Part shown: positions 1 to 10,593 of the stretch, one piece after another
How the letters are laid out: the number at the start of each line of letters is the position of its first letter
Position numbering within the stretch: position 1 is the stretch's first letter
Source of the DNA: Nitrospirota bacterium
GTDB taxonomy: Bacteria; Nitrospirota; UBA9217
Assembly: GCA_963840455.1 (NCBI GenBank)
Contig: CAWIYV010000010.1
Span: forward strand, 472,348 to 536,347
DNA length: 64,000 nt
Direction of reading: 5' to 3'
Position numbers and translations under genes: made by a program
The notes under the pieces: generated by a model
Told to the model about the DNA's origin: nothing
Databases searched by the model: none
Seen by the model: only the letters and a program-made list of their open reading frames with translations

Positions 1-2
1 CA

Positions 3-104
3 GCCACATACGCTCAGGGGCTGCTGATCCTTCTGTGGCGGGACCAAAAGCACGAACGCTTGCCGCGTGAGCAGACGTGCAGGGTCGGGAGCAGGAAACG
101 ATGA
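3..104 (+). CDS. 3' end of an upstream gene (partial)
   Basis: Open frame ATYAQGLLILLWRDQ...RKR* ends in an ATGA overlap with the next start at 101. Confidence 0.35.
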   Translation, partial: ATYAQGLLILLWRDQKHERLPREQTCRVGSRKR

Positions 105-1927
105 TATTCATACCCAACGCAGTGACAGACGCACCTCGCACAAAAATAGAGCAACCATCGCAGTGGTCTTATCTCAGAATCCCTTTGCTGTTCCTGATGG
201 CGGTCATCATTGCGTCTTCCGGGGTCTATGTGAACACCCTCCGCAACGGATTCGTGTATGATGACATCCCGCAGATAGTGCAGAACCCTTGGATCCGGGA
301 TGTCCGGTTCCTTCCCGAGATTTTTTCCACCAATGTCTGGGGATTTCAGGGCATAAGCACCAACTACTACCGGCCCTTTTTACACGTCATCTACCTGCTG
401 AGCTACCAGCTTTTTGGCTTGGCACCCTGGGGATTCCATCTCGTCAACATCGTTCTGCACGTAGGCGTGACCTTGCTGGTGTTCCTGCTCTCATCCCGAC
501 TTTTCCAGGCGGCCTCTCCTCGAGCCGCTTCCGCTTCATCGATCTTACCGTTCATCGCGGCAATGCTATTTGCCGTTCACCCCATCCATACCGAGGTCGT
601 TGCTTGGGCAGGAGGGGTCACGGACCTCTCCTTCACCCTGTTCTTCCTTCTCGCCCTTTATCTCTATATCCTCTCCACCGATAGGGGTGTCCATCAGAAG
701 GGCTTCTACCTTCTTTCCGTAGCGTGCTTTTTTTTCGCAACCCTTTGCAAAGAGCCGGCCCTGACCTTCCCGGTCATCCTTGCAGCCTACGACTACGCCT
801 TCAGCAGGGAGACGCTCCGACCCCTTGATTATCTGAAACGATATTCCCCCTATCTGGGAGTTGCAGCCGTCTACTTCATCCTGAGGGTCAACGCCCTCGG
901 CGGTTTTGCGCCGGTCAGCCGCCACAGCGAGTTAAGCGCTTATGAATACCTGATCAATGCTTTGCCTCTTTTCCGGCAGTATCTGGGAAAACTTCTTCTC
1001 CCGACTCATCTCAATGTTTACCATGTTTTTTCACCGATCTCCTCCCTCCTTCAGCCGAACGGTCTGCTTTCCCTGGCCGCCACCGTGGTCTTTGCCATCG
1101 CCGTTCTGCTGGCCTTGAAAAAGAGCAGGCAGGTCTTTTTCGCCCTTGCCCTCGTGCTGGTGCCCTTGCTGCCGGCCCTTTACATTCCGGGGGCCGGCGA
1201 AAACACTTTTGCCGAGCGGTACCTCTATCTTCCGTCCTTCGGCTTCGTACTCTTTATCGCCTTCCTTGCGGATCAGGTGGTGCTCTATATGCCGCGCTGG
1301 TCCGTTCCCTTGGCCGCGGCATTCGCACTCGTCGCCGTTCTCTACGCCTTCGGCACAGTGCAGAGAAACGTTGTCTGGAAAGATGATGAGCGCCTTTGGC
1401 GAGACGTGGTGGAAAAATCGCCTGCCAGCGCCGTTTCCCACTATAACCTTGCCTGTATATTGAGTACCCGAGGTCAGAACGACGAAGCGATAAGGGAGTT
1501 TCGGACCGCGATCCGCCTGCAGCCGGCTGCCACGGCTTACAAGCGCCTTGGTGTGGCCTACCAAGCCAAGGGACTCATCGGCGAGGCTATTGAACAGTAC
1601 CAGCTTGCCATACGGCTGCAACCCGGCGATAGCGATGCCCACGCCTTGCTTGCGGCTGCGTATGCCGATTCAGGATCACTGGACAAGGCGATTGAGCATT
1701 TTCGCATCGTCGTGCAACTACAGCCGGATTCCGCTAATGCCCAGTATGATCTGGGGAGGGCGTACCTCGAAAAGGGGCGACCGGCGGAGGCCATACCTCA
1801 TTTGGAGGCCGCCGTGCTGCTCAATCCTTCTGATCCGTTGTTCCGCAGCACCCTGAACAGGGCGTTATCGATGAAGGCACCTGCCGCGAAGAACGATGGC
1901 AGGACCGGCAGCAGGAGAGATCGGTAG
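101..1927 (+). CDS. TMTC-like GT-C glycosyltransferase with C-terminal TPRs
   Basis: Multi-TM N-terminus with FVYDD, YYRP, HPIHTEVVAW, LCKE and ERYLYLP motifs, then RNVVWKDDERLW and TPR repeats. Confidence 0.85.
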   Translation: MIFIPNAVTDAPRTKIEQPSQWSYLRIPLLFLMAVIIASSGVYVNTLRNGFVYDDIPQIVQNPWIRDVRFLPEIFSTNVWGFQGISTNYYRPFLHVIYLLSYQLFGLAPWGFHLVNIVLHVGVTLLVFLLSSRLFQAASPRAASASSILPFIAAMLFAVHPIHTEVVAWAGGVTDLSFTLFFLLALYLYILSTDRGVHQKGFYLLSVACFFFATLCKEPALTFPVILAAYDYAFSRETLRPLDYLKRYSPYLGVAAVYFILRVNALGGFAPVSRHSELSAYEYLINALPLFRQYLGKLLLPTHLNVYHVFSPISSLLQPNGLLSLAATVVFAIAVLLALKKSRQVFFALALVLVPLLPALYIPGAGENTFAERYLYLPSFGFVLFIAFLADQVVLYMPRWSVPLAAAFALVAVLYAFGTVQRNVVWKDDERLWRDVVEKSPASAVSHYNLACILSTRGQNDEAIREFRTAIRLQPAATAYKRLGVAYQAKGLIGEAIEQYQLAIRLQPGDSDAHALLAAAYADSGSLDKAIEHFRIVVQLQPDSANAQYDLGRAYLEKGRPAEAIPHLEAAVLLNPSDPLFRSTLNRALSMKAPAAKNDGRTGSRRDR

Positions 1928-1972
1928 CGACAACGAAGAGGCCGAGACCGGAAAGGGCGGGCAGACAGTGAG

Positions 1973-3160
1973 ATGTCCTGCCCCGCGAACGCAGAGGCCG
2001 ACCAACGGTTTTCTATGGCAAAGCTCAACCTGAAAGAGTTCGTCGTTTTCATAAAATATTCTGCCGTGGGCGTTACCGGAACGGTGCTGGATGTAGGATC
2101 GCTCTATATTTTTGTCGACCTGTTGCACATCTCTGTTCTCGTTGCCGCAGCGATGTCCTTTACTCTCGCCGTTGTCAACAATTTTATCCTGAATAAGTTC
2201 TGGACGTTCCGGAATGCCGGTCGCAATATAAGAAAACAATTCATTAAGTTCGTCATTGTTTCTGTCGTCGGGCTCGCCCTTACGGAATTCTGCATGGCGG
2301 TCTTTGTGTTCCTTTTGGGCATCTGGTATATTGCGTCAAAACTGATCACGTCGGTCGTCGTGTTGACATGGAATTTTCTTGCGAATAAAAATTGGACATT
2401 CACCGAGACCATCCGCCCTCTTTCAGTGGCCGATCGATATGATTATGACCTTACGATAATTATTCCAGCTTTTAATGAAGAAAAACGCATAGGAAGTACG
2501 CTCGACGTCATTCATAGGTATTTTGACCAGAAAAGCATGACACGGGAGATTATTGTTATCGATGACGGCAGCAATGATGATACGGCCGGAGTCGTGAACG
2601 CAATGAAAAGGCGGATACACGACTTGCGTTGCATCCGCTCTCTTCCCAATCGCGGCAAGGGATATGCGGTCAAGGCCGGCGTGGAACAGAGCAGAGGAGA
2701 ATACGTCCTGTTTACTGACGCGGACAACTCTACGCCGATCGAGGAATTTGAAAAATTTCATCCTATCTTGCCTCACGCAAAAGTTGTTATCGGTTCCCGC
2801 TATATGGCCAAAAGCTCCGTGGTCATCAGACAGCCATACTACCGGATCCTCCTCGGACGACTGGGCAATTTTCTCATCCGGGTCTTTCTCTTCGATGATA
2901 TCAGGGACACCCAATGCGGATTTAAAGCCTTTCAGCACCGTGCGGCCCGGGAGCTGTTCAGCCGCATGAAGGTCAACCGGTTCGGGTTCGATATCGAGCT
3001 GTTGTCCATCGCGCATCTGTTAAAGTATTCCGTACGCGAGGTCCCGGTAAGCTGGTATAATTCACCCCTGAGCAGGGTCAGGCCGATAAAGGACGCTTTG
3101 CGTACGTTTGCTGATCTGATCTACATAAAACTCAATCTTCTGAGCGGACGATATGAATAA
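1973..3160 (+). CDS. GtrA-like flippase domain fused to GT2 polyprenyl-phosphate glycosyltransferase (DPM1/ALG5-like)
   Basis: N-terminal 4-TM GtrA pattern (NFILNKFWTF, NFLANKNWTF); C-terminal IIPAFNEE, IDDGSND, NRGKG, FTDAD, DTQCGFK, FGFDIE. Start may be 2015. Confidence 0.85.
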   Translation: MSCPANAEADQRFSMAKLNLKEFVVFIKYSAVGVTGTVLDVGSLYIFVDLLHISVLVAAAMSFTLAVVNNFILNKFWTFRNAGRNIRKQFIKFVIVSVVGLALTEFCMAVFVFLLGIWYIASKLITSVVVLTWNFLANKNWTFTETIRPLSVADRYDYDLTIIIPAFNEEKRIGSTLDVIHRYFDQKSMTREIIVIDDGSNDDTAGVVNAMKRRIHDLRCIRSLPNRGKGYAVKAGVEQSRGEYVLFTDADNSTPIEEFEKFHPILPHAKVVIGSRYMAKSSVVIRQPYYRILLGRLGNFLIRVFLFDDIRDTQCGFKAFQHRAARELFSRMKVNRFGFDIELLSIAHLLKYSVREVPVSWYNSPLSRVRPIKDALRTFADLIYIKLNLLSGRYE

Positions 3161-3271
3161 GGGCGGTCACCGAGAAAACACGGTATGCCCTCTGGAAGGC
3201 GCCGCCTTTTCTCGAAAGCATTATTCCACGCGCAGGGACCAGAGAATCGTCGGTGCAGCAGAGGAGAAAGC

Positions 3272-4219
3272 ATGATGCATCAGGAAACGGGACAGGAGAC
3301 CGAAGGGCGCCGCATTCTGCCTTTGAGCGTCTTGATCCTGTTGCTGGCGGCTGCATCGTTCGCACGGAACGGCATCTATCACGAGGACCTGCGCTTGTGG
3401 CAGGATGTGGTGGAAAAAAGCCCTGCAAAGGCCCGGCCCCGCTATCAACTGGGTTTCTATTACGATAAGCGGGAACACCACGAAGAGGCAGTACGGGAAT
3501 ATCGGGCAGCGATCCGGCTCGGCCCTCCGGGTCCCGTTGTCGACCGGGCGCATAATAATCTCGGGAACCTTTACGGAAAACAAGGCCGCTTTGAGGAGGC
3601 GATAGAGGAATTTCAGGCAGTCCTCCGGTATGATCCTAGGGATAGTGTCGCCCGTGCAAACCTCGGGATCATCTACGCCAAGCAGGGGAGAGTGAGTGAG
3701 GCTCTCCATGAGTTCCAGACCGCCATTGAGGCCGATCCCGGCAATACCATGGCACATTACAATCTTGGCAATGCATACCAGGAACAGGGAAGGCTCGGAG
3801 AGGCAATCTTGGCATACCAGGCGGCCCTGCGGATGGACCCCGCCCATGCCGACGCGCGTAATAACCTCGGATTGCTGTACGGGGAGCAGGGACGTTTTGC
3901 AGAAGCGATCCAGGAGTTTCAGGAGGCAATAAAAAGCCAGCCCGAGAGTGCAGAGGCATACAACAACCTCGGGATCGTCTTCGCGAAACAGGGCCGATAT
4001 GATGAAGCGATCCGCGCGTTTCAACGGGCTCTCCTGCACGGGCCTGAAAGCGCCGAAGTGCACAAAAACATCGGCATAGCGTACAGCTACCAGGGGCGCC
4101 TCGAAGACGCCATACGGGAATTCCAGACCGCGCTCCGGATCGATCCGGGACATGCCGGCGCCCGCCACCATCTGGAGAGCACGTACAAGAAATTAAGGGA
4201 TAATCGCGGCGTCAAATGA
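3272..4219 (+). CDS. Membrane-anchored TPR protein (TMTC C-terminal half only)
   Basis: GAGGAG RBS before ATG 3272; one hydrophobic helix, RNGIYHEDLRLWQDVVEKSP, then multiple A.NNLG TPRs. Confidence 0.8.
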   Translation: MMHQETGQETEGRRILPLSVLILLLAAASFARNGIYHEDLRLWQDVVEKSPAKARPRYQLGFYYDKREHHEEAVREYRAAIRLGPPGPVVDRAHNNLGNLYGKQGRFEEAIEEFQAVLRYDPRDSVARANLGIIYAKQGRVSEALHEFQTAIEADPGNTMAHYNLGNAYQEQGRLGEAILAYQAALRMDPAHADARNNLGLLYGEQGRFAEAIQEFQEAIKSQPESAEAYNNLGIVFAKQGRYDEAIRAFQRALLHGPESAEVHKNIGIAYSYQGRLEDAIREFQTALRIDPGHAGARHHLESTYKKLRDNRGVK

Positions 4220-4277
4220 TACTATTCTTCGAGGCGGTATCCCACGGAATGATTTGCTGCGGTAGCAACTCTGACCA

Positions 4278-5372
4278 ATGAATAGACAAATAACAACAGT
4301 CATTGCGTTCTGTCTGCTCTCCTTGTTCTGTGGCACCGGCCATGCAGAAGAATACGTATGGCATTTTGACAAGGGCGCTGATGCGTTGCATTGGAAGGCT
4401 CTCAATGCGGCTCCCGAGAACACGGCCGACGGGTTTTCCCTTGTCCGGCAGGATGACCCGTTCTGGTTCGTTTCACCGCCGAACCTCAATATTTCTCCCG
4501 AGCTTTCGTATGCAGAGTTCAGGCTCAAGACCCCTGAAACCTATCTGCGCGGGTATCTCGTTGTGAAAACACGCGATGCCAGAAGTTGGGAAGAGGAATT
4601 TACCCTGGGTCTGCCCGATACGTACCATGTGTACCGGATCAATATGCAAAAGGGCAACGTGACCGGATCCCCGGTTGACGCGGTCGCATTCTCGTTCGGC
4701 GGCGTTGACCGGGTTTTCCTTGACTACGTCAAGATCTATCAACCATCTTTTCTTCAACTCCTGGGAGTGTATTGGGGAGAGTTCTGGAGCGTACCGTTTA
4801 CAAGTTCGACAACCGTTAATTTCGTCGATACTCCTCTGATAGGCGATTATCCGTTCCTGGCCCCCCTGTATATTCTTCTCCTGGTCATCGTGGTCTGCAT
4901 GGTCGCCCTGCTGAGACCGGTTACCAGGCAGTCCGTCGTGAGATCCCTGCTCCTGTCCTGCATGGCGGCGGGGGCGTTGTTCGCCGTGCGTATGGATTAC
5001 ACCTGGTATATGCAGTGGAGAGCGGACCGGTCATCGCTGGGGCAGAGAAGTCTTGATGAACGGATAGCCCGGGTGGACGGTACAGGAGCGTATACTTTCG
5101 CTCAGGGCTTGAAAAAGGTCATCCCTCCCGGCTCGACCGTAAGGATCTACGCCGGCATTCTTGAGGGTAAGGTGAGATACTACCTCCTGCCTGTAAAAGT
5201 ATCTGCTCGGGCACCGTATATCGCGGTTTTTAAGGACCCCGCTATTTCCCATGACCCAGTCAATAAATTGCTGCAGAGAGATCACGAGATCGTGGCCCGG
5301 AACGTCCAATTGATCATGGCTATTGGAAAAGACGGTTTTCTCTACAAATCCTCCGAGGACGGCCACCCATGA
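4278..5372 (+). CDS. Hypothetical membrane protein (signal peptide, soluble domain, 2 TM, YYLLP motif)
   Basis: 364 aa ORF; C-terminal half resembles 44798-45394; ATGA overlap with next gene. Confidence 0.7.
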   Translation: MNRQITTVIAFCLLSLFCGTGHAEEYVWHFDKGADALHWKALNAAPENTADGFSLVRQDDPFWFVSPPNLNISPELSYAEFRLKTPETYLRGYLVVKTRDARSWEEEFTLGLPDTYHVYRINMQKGNVTGSPVDAVAFSFGGVDRVFLDYVKIYQPSFLQLLGVYWGEFWSVPFTSSTTVNFVDTPLIGDYPFLAPLYILLLVIVVCMVALLRPVTRQSVVRSLLLSCMAAGALFAVRMDYTWYMQWRADRSSLGQRSLDERIARVDGTGAYTFAQGLKKVIPPGSTVRIYAGILEGKVRYYLLPVKVSARAPYIAVFKDPAISHDPVNKLLQRDHEIVARNVQLIMAIGKDGFLYKSSEDGHP

Positions 5373-6809
5373 CGATCATGATGCTCGCATATGCTTTGGC
5401 TGTGCCTTCGGTGTCCGGATTCCTGTTCGTCACCTGGTGCACCCGTTCAGACCTCAAGCAGAGCTTTTTTGAACGGTTCTTTCTCGGCTTTGGCATCGGC
5501 ACAGGGATTATCACGTTCGAGATGTTCCTCCTCGGGCTGTTCAGAATACCGTTGAACACTGGTGGCGATCTCTATCATGCCGATCGCAACAGCGATTCTT
5601 CTTGGGTATCTCCTGTACCGGTCAGGAATACCATGGCGACAGATCTTCAGCCAAGCGGCAGAAGATACTGATGTGTCACCGGTAAAGGCAGCGTATCTCA
5701 AAAGGTTCATTGTCTTTGTCCTCATCGCATGGATCCTTGCAAAGGTCCTGTTTGTCCTGTATGAAGGGTTTTTCCTGCCTGAGCACACATCGGACAGTTG
5801 GGAACACTGGAGTTCAGGCGCTAAATTCATTTTTTATGAAAAAGGTCTTGCACTCGATCCTGCGAACGAGCACTTTTTTGGAGCGGGCTACTTGAAAGTG
5901 CAGCGATATCCGCTGAATGTTCCCCTCATGCAGGTCTGGATCTCTCTCTGCATCGGGGAGGCCCATGAAGTGTACATGAAGGTATGGAATGCCCTGTTTT
6001 TCATCAGCATGGTAGGCCTGCTGTTCTTTGCTCTCCGCAGGAAAACGACGCTCATGACCGCACTCCTTGCCGCCTTTTTCCTCTCGACGGTTCCGCTGCT
6101 CACCTATCATGCGCTTACCGCATATGCGGACCTGCCGTTAAGCGCCTACGCTCTGGGCGCCATGGTCTGTTTCTGGAACGCGATCGAGGCTCTGAAGAGC
6201 GGACGCGCCGGCCATGCCACAGGCCTATTCGTGCTCATGGGTGCCTGTGCGGCGCTGTGCGTGTGGACCAAGATGGAGGGCTTGTTTTTCGCAGCAGCCT
6301 TTTCCGCTTCGTTGGCGCTTTATTATCTGATGAAAAAAATTTCATTCACACAGGTGATGGCCTTTCTCGCCCCTCTCGTTCTCGTCTCCGTTCCGTGGTA
6401 TGTTTTTTTGATGAGCATTGGCGTTCCGATAAGTTATGGCAAGGCGGAGTTGCCGGGAGCAACGATGACCGCGGGAATTCATTTCCAGGTGCTGCCCGTC
6501 ATAGCTGAGCAGATCCTGTTCTCGGCGAATTTCAACCTGATCTTTTTGTTCCTGTTCCTGCTGGTCATCGCTGGATACAGGCGGATCCGGGAGTCCGGCC
6601 TCGGATACCTTTACGCGGTGTTGCTCTCCGTCATGGCGATGTTTCTTGTGATGTATCTGGGCACGGATACGTACCGGTGGGTTATGAACCTGACAGCGGT
6701 CAACCGGAATATCCTGACCTTTATCCCGATGATGTATTATGTGTCGGCATTGACCGCCGGCAGGCTTCTCGAGGGGGATGTGGTCACGGACCGCCGGCCG
6801 CATCGATGA
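5369..6809 (+). CDS. GT-C (PMT/ArnT-like) glycosyltransferase without TPR, split by a 1-nt insertion at ~5561
   Basis: ORFs 5369-5671 and 5562-6809 join (IPLNT/VAISIM) if one G in ACT-G-GTG is removed; colinear with the intact paralog 45391-46776 (DSWEHWSSGAK, YADLPL, TKMEG). Confidence 0.7.
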
Positions 6810-8980
6810 GGTCCCGACAAGGGGGATCCCATGCCATCAAAAATATTCTGATCATGCCACGGAGAGGCCGGACCGGCGATATGCATACCCAACTGCGGAA
6901 CAATGCTCGACAAGCGGATTCTCGATGGCTGCCGTATTTCAAAAGCCCTTTCGTCCACGGCGCCCTGATCATCATCCTCTGCCTTGCCGCCTATTCCAAC
7001 ACCTTTCACGTGCCGTTCCAGTTCGATGACCCGCGCAGCATCAGCGAGGTGCCCTATGTCAGGGACATGCACCAATTTCCGAATCCCATAACGCTGCAGC
7101 GGGCCGTCGGCTTCTTTACGTTTGCCCTGAACTATCGGCTCCATGGTACTGACGTTGTCGGTTACCATATCGTCAACCTCGTTATCCATATCATAAACGC
7201 GTTCCTCGTATACGCATTTATTGTCCTGACCTTCCGGACGCCGGTCCTGCAAAGGTCTACGCTAAAGAAGCATGCGAAGCTCATAGCCCTTTTCAGCGCC
7301 CTTCTCTTTGCGGGTCATCCGATACAGACCCAGGCGGTCACCTATATTGCCCAGCGCTTCGCCTCGCTTGCGACGCTCTTTTTCCTTCTGAGCCTCGTCG
7401 CCTATATCAGGTCGAGGATTCCGGCCGTTGCGAACCCGTCGAACCGTCGGTCCTTCATCTGGTACGGTGTTTCCCTTCTCTCCGCCGTGTTTGCGATGAA
7501 GACCAAGGAGACAGCGTTCACCCTCCCGGTCGTCATCGCCCTGTACGAATTCCTGTTCCTTGAGGGAGCGATCAGAAAGAGGCTCCTGCTGCTGCTGCCC
7601 TTTCTGCTCACGATGACCATCATTCCTCTGAGCCTTCTTGGCACAGCCAAGCCTCTTGGGGACATGCTGGGCGACATTAGCGAGGTGACGAGGCTTCAGA
7701 CGAAGGTATCGAGAGCGGAGTATCTCATTACGGAGTTCACGGTGATCGCAACGTACCTGCGTCTGCTGTTCTTCCCGGTGCACCAGAATCTCGACTATGA
7801 CTACCCGATTTTTGAGTCGTTCTTCACGCCGGAGGTGGTTTTCTCATTCCTTCTCCTGGCGCTGATCCTCGGTACGGGCGTCTATCTCCTGTATCGTGAC
7901 CGGCGTTCACCCGGCACCGGCAAGCTCGCGGCCTTCGGCATTTTCTGGTTCTTCATCACCCTTTCCGTGGAATCGAGCATCATCCCCATTGCCGACGTGA
8001 TCTTTGAGCACCGGCTGTATCTTCCCTCTGTCGGGTTCTTCCTCGCCTGCACGACCGCCGTCTTTTGGGGCGTTGATCGGCTCAAGGCCCGATGGGCGAA
8101 AGCGGAACAAGCGGTAGTGATCGCCCTTGCAGCGGCTGTTCTCGTATTCGCCGGCCTCGCCTATGCGCGGAACATCGTCTGGCAGAGCGAGGAGAGTTTA
8201 TGGGAGGACGTGATCAGGAACAGCCCCATGAAGGCACGGGGGTACAACGGACTTGGTCTGGCCTATTTCAACAGGGGCCGCTATGACAGGGCGATCGAGG
8301 CCTTTGCGAAGGCCATCGCGCTCCATCCTGCCTATGGCGTGGCGTTCAATAACATCGGAAATGCCTTGTATCGTAACGGCCGGTTCGACAGGGCGATCGA
8401 GGCGCAGACAGAGGCGATCGCGCTGGAGCCGAATAATGCGATCTTTCGCGACAACCGGGGGCTGTCCTATTCGGCAATCGGTGCGTACGACCGGGCTATC
8501 GATGATTTTACCAAGGCGATTGCATTGGATCCCTTCTCTGTAAAGTCATACCATAACCTGGGGTTTGTCTATCACAGCAAGGGACTGTATCGCCAGGCGA
8601 TAGAAGAATACACGAGGGCCATCGCATTGGATCCTGGCAACGCTGTTTTTCGCACCAACCGGGGGTCGGCCTATGCGGCAAACGGCGAATATGAAAGGGC
8701 GATCGAGGACCAGACGACGGCGATCGCCCTTGATCCGGATTTTGCTGCTGCATACAATGGGCGGGGAACCGCGTATGGCCTTCAGGGGCGGTACAATGAG
8801 GCTATCGCTGATTTTACGCGGGCAATATCCCTGGACGCCGGCAACGCCCTTTACTACGCCGGCCGCGGTGCCGCCTTTTCACGGGCAGGTCGCCGGGCTG
8901 AAGCGCTGGCAGATTTTAAGCACGCCTGCGATCTGGGAAGCGAGACAGGATGCAAAATGGTGATGCAGCTAAAGCATTAG
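6806..8980 (+). CDS. TMTC-like GT-C glycosyltransferase with TPRs
   Basis: FQFDD, HPIQTQAV, MKTKE, EHRLYLP, RNIVWQSEESLW, TPRs, C-terminal ACDLGSETGC cap. Start could be 6806, 6854 or 6881. Confidence 0.85.
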   Translation: MRSRQGGSHAIKNILIMPRRGRTGDMHTQLRNNARQADSRWLPYFKSPFVHGALIIILCLAAYSNTFHVPFQFDDPRSISEVPYVRDMHQFPNPITLQRAVGFFTFALNYRLHGTDVVGYHIVNLVIHIINAFLVYAFIVLTFRTPVLQRSTLKKHAKLIALFSALLFAGHPIQTQAVTYIAQRFASLATLFFLLSLVAYIRSRIPAVANPSNRRSFIWYGVSLLSAVFAMKTKETAFTLPVVIALYEFLFLEGAIRKRLLLLLPFLLTMTIIPLSLLGTAKPLGDMLGDISEVTRLQTKVSRAEYLITEFTVIATYLRLLFFPVHQNLDYDYPIFESFFTPEVVFSFLLLALILGTGVYLLYRDRRSPGTGKLAAFGIFWFFITLSVESSIIPIADVIFEHRLYLPSVGFFLACTTAVFWGVDRLKARWAKAEQAVVIALAAAVLVFAGLAYARNIVWQSEESLWEDVIRNSPMKARGYNGLGLAYFNRGRYDRAIEAFAKAIALHPAYGVAFNNIGNALYRNGRFDRAIEAQTEAIALEPNNAIFRDNRGLSYSAIGAYDRAIDDFTKAIALDPFSVKSYHNLGFVYHSKGLYRQAIEEYTRAIALDPGNAVFRTNRGSAYAANGEYERAIEDQTTAIALDPDFAAAYNGRGTAYGLQGRYNEAIADFTRAISLDAGNALYYAGRGAAFSRAGRRAEALADFKHACDLGSETGCKMVMQLKH

Positions 8981-9161
8981 AGAATATAAGTTCGTCCCCG
9001 CCTTTCTTATTGTCCCGTTTCAACAAGCACTCGGAAATCTCCCCAATCCCTATTCTGTAATATGCCCATGACTTGGTGATTTCACCATCAATTTGCAAAA
9101 GAAGAATCCCGCCAATTACTATAATGTATTGTTATTTAATAATTTAATTAATATCAATTAA

Positions 9162-9179
9162 CTGGTACAGACCTTGCTA
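9162..9179 (+). promoter_or_regulatory. Putative sigma54 (-24/-12) promoter
   Basis: TGGTACAGACCTTGCT has GG-N10-GC spacing, follows an AT-rich tract and precedes the riboswitch. Confidence 0.65.
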
Positions 9180-9250
9180 TATATCAGAGCGAGAGAGAAT
9201 AGGTAATACTACAAAAGTACCTATTCTTTCTCGCAGTATATAAGCAGCAC

Positions 9251-9335
9251 TTTCCGATAAAGCCAAACCTTTCGTGAGGAGGGGGCGGAAAGCACCGGGT
9301 CTTCAATCAGGAAGATGGCCGGGCCACCGAAGAAA
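9251..9335 (+). ncRNA. GEMM-I riboswitch, G20 (c-di-GMP type)
   Basis: AAAGCCAAACC-GTGA loop-GGGGCGGAAAGC...GGGTCTT...AAGATGGCCGGGCCACCG; G at 9262 precedes P2. Confidence 0.85.
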
Positions 9336-9382
9336 GAGCGCCACATCCCGTGCACCAAGATCCGCTTCCGTGTGGAGAACGT

Positions 9383-10345
9383 ATGGGAACGAGTGGACTC
9401 ATAAGAACCCCCCTCAGAATAATAATCACGATGGTGATGATGCTTACCTTTGCATTGCCCGCATTGGCAGTGGCCATCGAGGCAAACTTCCTGTATACGC
9501 TGTCCGATTTCACCGGCCCCTTTTTGATCCATGGGGGGAGGATGTTCGTTGACAAGGACCGGAACGAGACCTACGTCGTGTATCAGAATGTCGTCAGAGT
9601 GTTCAATGAAAACGGGCTGGAGATCTATCGGTTCAATGAAGAAAACAACCTCGGCAGGATCGCCGCCTTAGCAGTGGACCGGGACGGCGCCATCTTCTTC
9701 CTTTCCTATGATGATAGAGGAGTGTATGGAATCATCCGCTGCAATTACCGGGGAACGCCGAAGGGGAGGATCGAGATCGCCGGGCTCCCGTCCGATTTTT
9801 CCAACGCTGAGAAGTTTTCGCCGAGCCAGATGGTGTACCAGGGAGGACAGTTCTACCTTGCGGACACGAGTAGCCTGAGGATCGCGGTCGCCGATATGAC
9901 CGGCCAGGTGAAGAAGACCTATGACATTATCCCTCTCCTTGATCTCAAGGAAAAGGGCCGGGCCGATCTCGAGATGGGCGGCTTCAGCGTGGACAAAGAG
10001 GGCAATATGCTGTTCACCATTCCGGTCCTGTTCAGTGCTACCGTGCTCTCTCCGGAGGGGAAGGTAGCGAACTTCGGCGAACCGGGGAGCGTCCCGGGGA
10101 AATTCGGGGTTGTGTCGGACATCACAACGGACAACGTGGGGAACTATCTGGTGTCGGACAAGTTGAAATGCGTCGTCAGCGTGTATGACAAGGGCTTTCG
10201 GTTTCTCAAGGAATTCGGCGGCCGCGGGAACGAGCCGGGCAATTTGATCATGCCCCAGGTGCTGGCCGTGGACGGCAGCGACAAGCTGTATGTCACCCAG
10301 GGCGGGAACCGGGGGATCAGCGTTTTCAGGTTGATTTACAACTGA
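9383..10345 (+). CDS. Exported NHL-repeat beta-propeller protein (omcS-associated)
   Basis: Signal peptide; NHL-like motifs (FGEPGSVPGKF, FGGRGNEPGNLIMPQVLAVD); GGAGA RBS. Confidence 0.85.
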   Translation: MGTSGLIRTPLRIIITMVMMLTFALPALAVAIEANFLYTLSDFTGPFLIHGGRMFVDKDRNETYVVYQNVVRVFNENGLEIYRFNEENNLGRIAALAVDRDGAIFFLSYDDRGVYGIIRCNYRGTPKGRIEIAGLPSDFSNAEKFSPSQMVYQGGQFYLADTSSLRIAVADMTGQVKKTYDIIPLLDLKEKGRADLEMGGFSVDKEGNMLFTIPVLFSATVLSPEGKVANFGEPGSVPGKFGVVSDITTDNVGNYLVSDKLKCVVSVYDKGFRFLKEFGGRGNEPGNLIMPQVLAVDGSDKLYVTQGGNRGISVFRLIYN

Positions 10346-10400
10346 AGACAGCAGTCCACATAAAAGGAGGTGAATGCCGTCAGAGAATAAAAAAAGTGGA

Positions 10401-10450
10401 AAGCAGGCAGTAGTAAGCAGTAAGCAGTAAGCAGGAAGCAGTAAGCAGTA
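10401..10450. repeat. Heptamer tandem repeat (GTAAGCA)n
   Basis: aagcaggcagtagtaagcagtaagcagtaagcaggaagcagtaagcagta. Confidence 0.85.
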
Positions 10451-10487
10451 CGTTGTACCCATGTCGGCTAAGCCGACACACTCTATC

Positions 10488-10567
10488 CTCCGAAAAGAGT
10501 AAACCCATCGCAAGGTGGGGACACAAAGCCAACGGGTCCCGAAAGCGGGACGGCCGGGCTGCCGGAG
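10488..10567 (+). ncRNA. GEMM-I riboswitch, A20 variant (GEMM-Ib, predicted 3',3'-cGAMP)
   Basis: CTCCGAAAAGAGTAAACCCATC-GCAA-GGTGGGGACACAAAGCC...GGGCTGCCGGAG; A at 10498 precedes the GT/AC base of P2. Confidence 0.85.
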
Positions 10568-10593
10568 CAAAAAAAACTGATCTGGAGGATTTA

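Noticed and set aside
3221-4171. Long antisense ORFs (also 9668-10570, 13711-14895, 25525-26694, 28413-29417)
   Set aside because: Shadows of well-supported + strand genes in GC-rich DNA, with no recognisable motifs.
10374-10430. Leader peptide MPSENKK...
   Set aside because: SD-to-ATG spacing is too short and the peptide diverges after 7 codons in the duplicate; kept only as a possible RNA element.
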